Shown here: piece by piece, positions 54,795 through 64,000 of the stretch
How the letters are laid out: each line of letters opens with the position of its first letter
How positions within the stretch are numbered: position 1 is the stretch's first letter
Source: Escherichia coli
Lineage (GTDB): Bacteria > Pseudomonadota > Gammaproteobacteria > Enterobacterales > Enterobacteriaceae
DNA length: 64,000 bases
Strand: one strand, 5' to 3'
NCBI RefSeq assembly: GCF_050920415.1
Contig: NZ_CP169309.1
The notes under the pieces: generated by a model
What the model saw: the letters and a program-made list of their open reading frames with translations, nothing else
What the model was told of the DNA's origin: nothing
Databases searched by the model: none
Position numbers and translations under genes: made by a program

Positions 54795-55444
54795 TGTTGG
54801 ATCTGTTTGCCGATGCTGAACCGTGGCAAGAACCACTGGCGGCTGGAGCGGTGATTTTGCACCGTTTTGCTTTTAACGCTGCGGAGCAACTGATCCGCGA
54901 TATTAATAACGTTGCCAGCCAGTCGCCGTTTCGCCAGATGGTCACTCCAGGCGGATATACCATGTCGGTGGCGATGACCAACTGTGGGCATCTGGGCTGG
55001 ACGACCAATCGGCAAGGTTATCTCTATTCGCCCATTGATCCGCAAACAAATAAACCGTGGCCCGCCATGCCGCAGAGTTTTCATAATTTATGTCAACGTG
55101 CGGCTACGGCGGCGGGCTATCCAGATTTCAAGCCAGATGCTTGTCTTATCAACCGCTACGCTCCTGGCGCGAAACTGTCGCTGCATCAGGATAAAGACGA
55201 ACCGGATCTGCGCGCGCCGATTGTTTCTGTTTCTCTGGGCTTACCCGCGATTTTTCAATTTGGCGGCCTGAAACGAAATGATCCGCTAAAAAGATTGTTG
55301 TTGGAACATGGCGATGTGGTGGTATGGGGCGGTGAATCGCGGCTGTTTTATCACGGTATTCAACCGTTGAAAGCGGGGTTTCATCCACTCACCACTGACT
55401 GCCGCTACAACCTGACATTCCGTCAGGCAGGTAAAAAAGAATAA
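54794..55444 (+). CDS. alkB: Alpha-ketoglutarate/Fe(II)-dependent dioxygenase AlkB
   Basis: 216-aa ORF overlapping the ada stop by 1 nt (TAATG); contains the HxD...H iron-binding pattern (LSLHQDKDE ... FYHGIQ). Confidence 0.95.
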   Translation: MLDLFADAEPWQEPLAAGAVILHRFAFNAAEQLIRDINNVASQSPFRQMVTPGGYTMSVAMTNCGHLGWTTNRQGYLYSPIDPQTNKPWPAMPQSFHNLCQRAATAAGYPDFKPDACLINRYAPGAKLSLHQDKDEPDLRAPIVSVSLGLPAIFQFGGLKRNDPLKRLLLEHGDVVVWGGESRLFYHGIQPLKAGFHPLTTDCRYNLTFRQAGKKE

Positions 55445-55519
55445 AAATAAGAATTATTATTGCTGTGCGCGCGAAGATGTTTAAACTGCGGGCTGTAATT
55501 CATTGTCCGGGTTTTCTGC

Positions 55520-57163
55520 ATGGAACTTCTTGTACTTGTCTGGCGGCAGTATCGCTGGCCATTTATCAGTGTGATGGCGCTAAGCCTCGCCAGTGCGGCA
55601 TTAGGCATTGGCTTAATTGCTTTTATCAATCAGCGCCTTATCGAAACGGCGGATACCAGTCTGCTGGTATTGCCGGAGTTTCTCGGTTTATTGCTGCTGC
55701 TAATGGCGGTGACGCTAGGTTCGCAACTGGCGCTCACCACTCTGGGGCATCATTTCGTTTACCGACTGCGTAGCGAATTTATCAAGCGGATTCTGGATAC
55801 TCACGTCGAGCGTATCGAACAACTCGGTAGCGCCTCGTTGCTGGCGGGGTTAACCAGCGATGTGCGCAATATCACTATTGCGTTTGTTCGTCTGCCAGAA
55901 CTGGTGCAGGGGATCATTCTCACTATCGGTTCGGCGGCGTATCTGTGGATGCTGTCGGGCAAGATGTTGCTGGTAACGGCTATCTGGATGGCGGTCACCA
56001 TCTGGGGCGGTTTTGTACTGGTGGCGCGGGTTTACAAACATATGGCGACCCTGCGTGAAACCGAAGACAAGCTGTACACGGATTTTCAAACTGTACTCGA
56101 AGGGCGCAAAGAGCTGACTCTTAACCGTGAACGCGCCGAGTATGTGTTTAACAACCTCTACATTCCTGATGCGCAAGAGTATCGCCATCATATCATCCGC
56201 GCAGACACCTTCCATCTTAGTGCTGTGAACTGGTCAAACATCATGATGCTGGGCGCAATCGGCCTGGTGTTCTGGATGGCGAACAGTCTCGGTTGGGCTG
56301 ATACCAACGTTGCCGCGACCTATTCGCTAACGCTGTTATTCCTGCGTACGCCGCTGCTTTCGGCGGTTGGCGCATTACCGACGCTGCTGACGGCGCAGGT
56401 AGCGTTTAACAAGCTGAATAAATTCGCGCTCGCACCTTTCAAAGCTGAGTTTCCGCGTCCGCAGACGTTTCCCAACTGGCAAACGCTGGAGCTGCGCAAT
56501 GTTACGTTTGCTTATCAGGATAACGCGTTTTCCGTTGGGCCGATTAACCTCACCATTAAACGTGGCGAACTGCTGTTTCTGATTGGCGGCAACGGTAGCG
56601 GAAAATCGACACTGGCCATGTTGCTGACGGGCTTGTATCAACCACAAAGCGGCGAAATTTTGCTGGATGGCAAACCTGTCAGCGGCGAACAACCGGAAGA
56701 TTATCGCAAACTGTTTTCGGCAGTGTTTACCGATGTCTGGTTGTTTGATCAACTGCTGGGGCCGGAGGGTCAACCCGCTAACCCGCAACTGGTTGAGAAG
56801 TGGCTGGCGCAGCTGAAAATGGCTCATAAGCTTGAGTTAAGCAACGGGCGTATTGTTAACCTGAAGTTATCAAAAGGGCAGAAAAAACGCGTCGCGCTGT
56901 TGCTGGCGCTGGCAGAAGAACGCGATATTATCCTGTTGGATGAATGGGCGGCGGATCAGGACCCACACTTCCGTCGTGAGTTTTATCAGGTGCTGCTGCC
57001 GCTGATGCAGGAGATGGGTAAAACGATTTTCGCCATCAGTCATGATGATCATTACTTTATCCACGCTGACCGCCTGCTGGAAATGCGCAACGGGCTACTT
57101 AGCGAGCTGACAGGCGAAGAGCGCGATGCTGCTTCGCGTGATGCCGTTGCCCGGACGGCATAA
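55520..57163 (+). CDS. yojI: ABC transporter (fused permease/ATPase) YojI
   Basis: 547-aa ORF: N-terminal TM domain, C-terminal ATPase with Walker A (GGNGSGKST) and Walker B ([10 protein letters not shown]). Confidence 0.9.
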   Translation: MELLVLVWRQYRWPFISVMALSLASAALGIGLIAFINQRLIETADTSLLVLPEFLGLLLLLMAVTLGSQLALTTLGHHFVYRLRSEFIKRILDTHVERIEQLGSASLLAGLTSDVRNITIAFVRLPELVQGIILTIGSAAYLWMLSGKMLLVTAIWMAVTIWGGFVLVARVYKHMATLRETEDKLYTDFQTVLEGRKELTLNRERAEYVFNNLYIPDAQEYRHHIIRADTFHLSAVNWSNIMMLGAIGLVFWMANSLGWADTNVAATYSLTLLFLRTPLLSAVGALPTLLTAQVAFNKLNKFALAPFKAEFPRPQTFPNWQTLELRNVTFAYQDNAFSVGPINLTIKRGELLFLIGGNGSGKSTLAMLLTGLYQPQSGEILLDGKPVSGEQPEDYRKLFSAVFTDVWLFDQLLGPEGQPANPQLVEKWLAQLKMAHKLELSNGRIVNLKLSKGQKKRVALLLALAEERDIILLDEWAADQDPHFRREFYQVLLPLMQEMGKTIFAISHDDHYFIHADRLLEMRNGLLSELTGEERDAASRDAVARTA

Positions 57164-57368
57164 TATTTCGACGCTGACCTGGCGGACTGCTGCCGCCAGG
57201 TCAATATTCTAAAAAACCCTTCGTTTCTAATAACCCTATAATTAATCAACGAAATTATAATGTTTCTAAAATTAGAATATAATTTATAAACATTATTTAA
57301 ATGTTGTTACTTAAGTGTTACCGTTGATGCCGCGCAAATCTCACCTGCAATAAAGCGACTAAAAGTAA

Positions 57369-59027
<1,659 letters not shown>

Positions 59028-59029
59028 TG

Positions 59030-59285
59030 ATGTGCCACATCCGGCATGTTATGCCGGATGTGGCGTATGCTGATAAGACGCGCCAGCGTCGCATCAGTCA
59101 ACCGGCTTGGGCGTTAGATGTCGGATGCGGCGTGACCGCCTTATCCGACCTACGGGGTGGAGCACTTCACAGCGGTGTAGGCCTGATAAGACGCGCCAGC
59201 GTCGCATCAGGCAACCGGCTCGGGCGTTGGATGTCGGATGCGGCGTGACCGCCTTATCCGACCTACGGGGTGCCGCACTTCACGG
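59030..59285. repeat. REP/BIME cluster between convergent mqo and eco
   Basis: Two tandem units about 120 bp apart (…gatgcggcgtgaccgccttatccgacctacggggtg…) plus flanking gccggatg / catccggc palindromes. Confidence 0.8.
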
Positions 59286-59289
59286 CAGT

Positions 59290-59778
59290 TTAGCGGACTA
59301 CCGCGTTGTCAATTTTCTCTTCCGCCTTCCAGATGCGGTATTTCACATCTACATTGTCTGGCGTATACACCACGATAGGCAGCTTGCTGTTGTAACGCAG
59401 CATTCCGGCATCGCCCAGATACGCGGTGACAAATTTCTTCTCTTTCTTGCCATCCGGGCAGGCCATCATCGTGGAAACCGGCGAGCTAACTTTATCAAAG
59501 ACGTAATAATCATAGCCCCAGCCTTCCAGCGTTTTGCTTTCCAGCTTCCCGCCGAGACGATGCAAATTGCAATCGACTTCCAGCGTCTGACCGATTAACA
59601 GTTCTACTTTCAGGGTAGATTCATCTTCTTGCGGGGTTAACTGAATCACCTGACGCTTCATGCCTTTTTCAGCTTGCGGATAAGGCGCGATTTTTTCCAG
59701 TGGCTGGACGCTCTCTGCCGCCCAGGCGGAAGTGGTAGCGAAAGCGGCAAACAATACTGCAGGTAGAATGGTCTTCAT
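59290..59778 (-). CDS. eco: Ecotin, periplasmic serine-protease inhibitor
   Basis: 162-aa ORF with signal peptide ([20 protein letters not shown]) and an ecotin-like mature sequence. Confidence 0.93.
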   Translation of the reverse strand: MKTILPAVLFAAFATTSAWAAESVQPLEKIAPYPQAEKGMKRQVIQLTPQEDESTLKVELLIGQTLEVDCNLHRLGGKLESKTLEGWGYDYYVFDKVSSPVSTMMACPDGKKEKKFVTAYLGDAGMLRYNSKLPIVVYTPDNVDVKYRIWKAEEKIDNAVVR

Positions 59779-60184
59779 TGTTGTATTCCCTTCGTCATTT
59801 ATAGGTTTTCACCGATGATGTCGCTGAAGGTTAACATATTCATCAGATTTATTAATTTGCTTTATGAATAACTAAAAGAACATTCAGACAATTTTACCTT
59901 CTCTTTTAGTGTTAAATTCTGAGGAGTGGTAAAGCCTTGAGAAATATCTCTGGCGAATTAATCGCTATATAAATATGTTTATAACCATTTGAAATGTGAG
60001 CAAAAGCCCGTTTTTGCCACGCTTCCCGCCACTCTTTTGATCCTGCTACAGGTTTTACCTCGATCGGGGTATGCATCTTTGACACATCCTTTAATATCTT
60101 AGCGGCTATAAAAATGGCTTATTAATTATGCGGTTTATTTGGTCGCTCTCAATTTTCAGAGCGTATTAATGATGGAAGGTCAAT

Positions 60185-60679
60185 GTGAAGATTGATGCAT
60201 CCCGTCGGGGCATACTCACTGGTCGCTGGCGCAAAGCCAGTAACGGTATCCGTCCGCCCTGGTCCGGTGATGAATCTCATTTTCTGACCCATTGCACCCG
60301 CTGTGACGCCTGTATTAATGCTTGTGAAAACAACATTCTGCAACGCGGCGCGGGGGGCTATCCGAGCGTTAATTTCAAAAATAACGAGTGCAGCTTCTGT
60401 TATGCCTGCGCGCAAGCTTGCCCCGAATCGCTATTTTCTCCGCGCCACACCAGGGCCTGGGATTTGCAGTTCACCATTGGGGACGCGTGCCTGGCGTATC
60501 AGTCAGTTGAATGCCGCCGCTGTCAGGATAGCTGTGAGCCAATGGCAATTATCTTTCGCCCGACGCTCTCCGGGATCTACCAGCCGCAACTTAATAGCCA
60601 ACTTTGCAACGGATGTGGTGCATGTGCAGCCAGCTGTCCGGTATCAGCCATAACTGCGGAGTATCTCCATGCACACTAA
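60185..60679 (+). CDS. napF: Ferredoxin-type protein NapF
   Basis: 164-aa ORF from GTG 60185 with several CxxCxxCxxxCP 4Fe-4S motifs. Confidence 0.9.
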   Translation: MKIDASRRGILTGRWRKASNGIRPPWSGDESHFLTHCTRCDACINACENNILQRGAGGYPSVNFKNNECSFCYACAQACPESLFSPRHTRAWDLQFTIGDACLAYQSVECRRCQDSCEPMAIIFRPTLSGIYQPQLNSQLCNGCGACAASCPVSAITAEYLHAH

Positions 60680-60932
60680 CTGGCAAGTTTGCAGCCTGGT
60701 CGTGCAGGCCAAAAGCGAACGAATTTCAGACATCAGCACCCAACTGAACGCCTTTCCCGGCTGTGAAGTCGCTGTCAGCGACGCGCCGAGCGGTCAGTTG
60801 ATTGTGGTGGTGGAAGCAGAAGACAGCGAAACGCTGATCCAAACCATTGAGTCAGTACGCAACGTAGAGGGCGTGCTGGCGGTGTCGCTGGTTTATCACC
60901 AGCAGGAAGAGCAAGGTGAGGAAACACCATGA
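60669..60932 (+). CDS. napD: NapD, chaperone for NapA
   Basis: 87-aa ORF overlapping napF (11 nt) and napA (ATGA); [19 protein letters not shown]... Confidence 0.9.
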   Translation: MHTNWQVCSLVVQAKSERISDISTQLNAFPGCEVAVSDAPSGQLIVVVEAEDSETLIQTIESVRNVEGVLAVSLVYHQQEEQGEETP

Positions 60933-63415
60933 AACTCAGTCGTCGTAGCTTTATGAAAGCTAACGCCGTTGCGGCCGCTGCGGCGGCTGCCGGTCTCAGC
61001 GTGCCGGGCGTTGCCCGCGCCGTTGTTGGTCAGCAGGAAGCCATTAAATGGGATAAAGCACCATGCCGTTTCTGCGGTACTGGTTGTGGCGTTCTGGTCG
61101 GAACGCAGCAGGGGCGTGTGGTGGCCTGTCAGGGCGACCCGGACGCACCGGTTAACCGTGGTCTGAACTGCATTAAGGGCTATTTCCTGCCCAAAATCAT
61201 GTACGGTAAAGACCGTTTGACGCAGCCGCTGCTGCGTATGAAAAACGGTAAATATGACAAAGAAGGCGAATTTACCCCAATCACCTGGGATCAGGCCTTC
61301 GATGTGATGGAAGAGAAATTCAAAACCGCCCTGAAAGAAAAAGGGCCGGAATCGATCGGTATGTTCGGTTCTGGTCAGTGGACTATCTGGGAAGGTTATG
61401 CCGCGTCCAAGCTGTTCAAAGCGGGCTTCCGTTCGAACAACATCGACCCGAACGCGCGTCACTGTATGGCGTCGGCAGTAGTTGGCTTTATGCGTACCTT
61501 TGGTATGGATGAGCCGATGGGCTGCTATGACGACATCGAGCAGGCTGACGCGTTTGTGCTGTGGGGCGCTAACATGGCGGAGATGCACCCGATTCTCTGG
61601 TCGCGCATCACCAACCGTCGTCTCTCTAACCAGAACGTCACCGTGGCGGTGCTTTCTACCTACCAGCATCGTAGCTTCGAGCTGGCGGATAACGGCATCA
61701 TCTTTACGCCACAGTCTGACCTGGTGATCCTGAACTACATCGCCAACTATATCATTCAAAACAACGCGATAAATCAGGACTTCTTTAGCAAACACGTTAA
61801 CCTGCGCAAAGGGGCGACGGACATCGGCTACGGTTTACGTCCGACCCATCCGCTGGAAAAAGCAGCGAAGAATCCAGGTTCTGACGCTTCCGAACCGATG
61901 AGCTTTGAAGATTACAAAGCCTTCGTTGCTGAGTATACGCTGGAAAAAACCGCTGAAATGACCGGCGTGCCGAAAGACCAGTTAGAACAACTGGCGCAGC
62001 TGTATGCCGATCCGAACAAGAAAGTCATCTCCTACTGGACGATGGGCTTCAACCAGCATACCCGTGGTGTGTGGGCCAACAACCTGGTCTACAACCTGCA
62101 CCTGCTGACTGGCAAAATTTCTCAGCCGGGTTGCGGTCCGTTCTCCCTGACCGGGCAGCCTTCCGCGTGTGGTACTGCGCGAGAAGTGGGCACCTTTGCT
62201 CACCGTCTGCCTGCGGACATGGTGGTGACCAATGAGAAACACCGTGATATCTGCGAGAAGAAGTGGAATATCCCGAGCGGCACCATTCCGGCGAAAATCG
62301 GCCTGCACGCGGTGGCACAGGACCGTGCGCTGAAAGACGGCAAACTGAATGTTTACTGGACCATGTGTACCAATAACATGCAGGCCGGACCAAACATTAA
62401 TGAAGAGCGTATGCCGGGCTGGCGCGATCCGCGCAACTTTATCATCGTTTCCGATCCGTATCCGACGGTCAGTGCGCTGGCAGCGGACTTGATCCTGCCG
62501 ACCGCAATGTGGGTAGAAAAAGAGGGTGCTTACGGTAACGCCGAACGCCGTACTCAATTCTGGCGTCAGCAGGTACAGGCACCGGGCGAAGCGAAATCGG
62601 ATCTCTGGCAGTTAGTTCAGTTCTCCCGCCGCTTCAAAACTGAAGAAGTGTGGCCGGAAGAATTGCTGGCGAAGAAACCGGAACTGCGTGGCAAAACGCT
62701 GTATGAGGTTCTGTATGCCACCCCGGAAGTGAGCAAATTCCCGGTATCCGAACTGGCAGAAGATCAGTTGAACGATGAATCCCGCGAGCTGGGCTTCTAT
62801 CTGCAAAAAGGGCTGTTCGAAGAGTATGCATGGTTTGGTCGCGGTCACGGTCACGATCTCGCGCCGTTCGATGACTACCACAAAGCGCGCGGTCTGCGCT
62901 GGCCGGTGGTTAACGGTAAAGAAACGCAGTGGCGTTATAGCGAAGGTAACGACCCGTACGTGAAAGCGGGTGAAGGCTACAAGTTCTACGGTAAACCGGA
63001 TGGCAAAGCGGTGATCTTCGCACTGCCGTTCGAACCGGCGGCGGAAGCACCGGATGAAGAGTACGATCTGTGGCTCTCTACCGGGCGTGTCCTGGAGCAC
63101 TGGCACACCGGCAGTATGACTCGCCGTGTACCGGAACTGCACCGTGCCTTCCCGGAAGCGGTCCTGTTTATTCATCCGCTGGATGCGAAAGCGCGCGATC
63201 TGCGTCGTGGCGACAAAGTGAAAGTGGTTTCTCGCCGTGGCGAAGTGATCTCGATTGTTGAAACGCGCGGTCGTAACCGTCCGCCGCAGGGCCTGGTGTA
63301 TATGCCGTTCTTCGACGCCGCACAGCTGGTTAACAAACTGACGCTGGATGCGACCGATCCGCTCTCGAAAGAGACGGACTTCAAGAAGTGTGCGGTCAAA
63401 CTGGAGAAGGTGTAA
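60929..63415 (+). CDS. napA: Periplasmic nitrate reductase catalytic subunit NapA
   Basis: 828-aa ORF; twin-arginine signal ([20 protein letters not shown]) and N-terminal 4Fe-4S Cys cluster ([10 protein letters not shown]...C). Confidence 0.95.
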   Translation: MKLSRRSFMKANAVAAAAAAAGLSVPGVARAVVGQQEAIKWDKAPCRFCGTGCGVLVGTQQGRVVACQGDPDAPVNRGLNCIKGYFLPKIMYGKDRLTQPLLRMKNGKYDKEGEFTPITWDQAFDVMEEKFKTALKEKGPESIGMFGSGQWTIWEGYAASKLFKAGFRSNNIDPNARHCMASAVVGFMRTFGMDEPMGCYDDIEQADAFVLWGANMAEMHPILWSRITNRRLSNQNVTVAVLSTYQHRSFELADNGIIFTPQSDLVILNYIANYIIQNNAINQDFFSKHVNLRKGATDIGYGLRPTHPLEKAAKNPGSDASEPMSFEDYKAFVAEYTLEKTAEMTGVPKDQLEQLAQLYADPNKKVISYWTMGFNQHTRGVWANNLVYNLHLLTGKISQPGCGPFSLTGQPSACGTAREVGTFAHRLPADMVVTNEKHRDICEKKWNIPSGTIPAKIGLHAVAQDRALKDGKLNVYWTMCTNNMQAGPNINEERMPGWRDPRNFIIVSDPYPTVSALAADLILPTAMWVEKEGAYGNAERRTQFWRQQVQAPGEAKSDLWQLVQFSRRFKTEEVWPEELLAKKPELRGKTLYEVLYATPEVSKFPVSELAEDQLNDESRELGFYLQKGLFEEYAWFGRGHGHDLAPFDDYHKARGLRWPVVNGKETQWRYSEGNDPYVKAGEGYKFYGKPDGKAVIFALPFEPAAEAPDEEYDLWLSTGRVLEHWHTGSMTRRVPELHRAFPEAVLFIHPLDAKARDLRRGDKVKVVSRRGEVISIVETRGRNRPPQGLVYMPFFDAAQLVNKLTLDATDPLSKETDFKKCAVKLEKV

Positions 63416-63421
63416 GCCATT

Positions 63422-64000
63422 ATGTCCCGGTCAGCGAAACCTCAAAATGGTCGCCGCCGCTTTCTGCGCGATGTCGTTCGCACAGCTGGCGGGCTGGCTG
63501 CCGTGGGTGTGGCGCTGGGGTTACAACAGCAAACCGCACGCGCATCTGGTGTGCGGTTGCGCCCGCCCGGAGCCATAAACGAGAACGCCTTTGCCAGTGC
63601 CTGTGTACGTTGCGGTCAGTGTGTTCAGGCTTGCCCTTACGACACCTTAAAACTGGCGACACTGGCCTCTGGCCTGTCGGCAGGTACGCCGTACTTTGTC
63701 GCGCGGGATATTCCTTGCGAAATGTGTGAGGACATTCCGTGCGCCAAAGTGTGCCCGAGCGGTGCGCTGGATCGAGAGATCGAATCGATCGACGACGCGC
63801 GGATGGGGCTGGCGGTGCTGGTGGATCAGGAGAACTGCCTCAACTTTCAGGGGCTGCGCTGCGATGTTTGCTATCGCGAATGCCCGAAAATTGATGAGGC
63901 AATCACCCTGGAGCTGGAGCGTAACACGCGTACCGGTAAGCACGCCCGTTTTCTGCCGACGGTTCACAGCGACGCCTGTACCGGCTGCGGTAAGTGCGAA
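63422..64000 (+). CDS. napG: Ferredoxin-type protein NapG; 5' part only, runs off the window
   Basis: Open frame from ATG 63422 with no stop before 64000 ([33 protein letters not shown]..., Tat-like signal, then CxxCxxCxxxCP motifs). It is missing from the ORF track because it has no stop inside the window. Confidence 0.85.

Noticed and set aside
59779-60184. Specific FNR and NarP/NarL sites in the napF promoter region
   Set aside because: The region surely contains the nap promoter, but I could not identify a clean TTGAT-N4-ATCAA or paired heptamers by eye, so no coordinates are given.

Overview
This window reads as a contiguous stretch of an Escherichia coli-type chromosome, inverted relative to K-12 numbering. 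Gene order is: ais (3' end), nudI, yfaZ, yfaY, rhmR-rhmD-rhmT-rhmA, ypaA, rpnE (yfaD), glpC-glpB-glpA divergent from glpT-glpQ, a low-GC insert with one orphan ORF, a yfaH LysR remnant, inaA, yfaE, nrdB-nrdA, a disrupted yfaL, ubiG, gyrA, yfaA-yfaT-yfaS-yfaQ-yfaP, atoB-atoE-atoA-atoD, atoC-atoS, rcsC, rcsB-rcsD, micF, ompC, apbE, ada-alkB, yojI, mqo, eco, napF-napD-napA and the 5' part of napG. Gene calls rest on reading the six-frame translations against recalled protein families; no search was run. Most of the window is ordinary core genome. The best candidate for something undescribed is the roughly 1.7 kb low-GC block between glpQ and yfaH (about 15.35-17.07 kb), which carries a single 356-codon ORF with a strong RBS and no family I can recognise. 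Two other strain-specific states stand out: yfaS (alpha-2-macroglobulin-like) is intact within its five-gene cluster, and the autotransporter gene yfaL is reduced to an N-terminal ORF plus a frameshifted C-terminal remnant. Also noted are an in-frame repeat expansion in rpnE beside its truncated paralog ypaA, the sigma-54 promoter and upstream palindrome of the ato operon, micF, REP/BIME arrays, and nrd and glp control elements. No rRNA, tRNA, CRISPR array, IS element or prophage was recognised.
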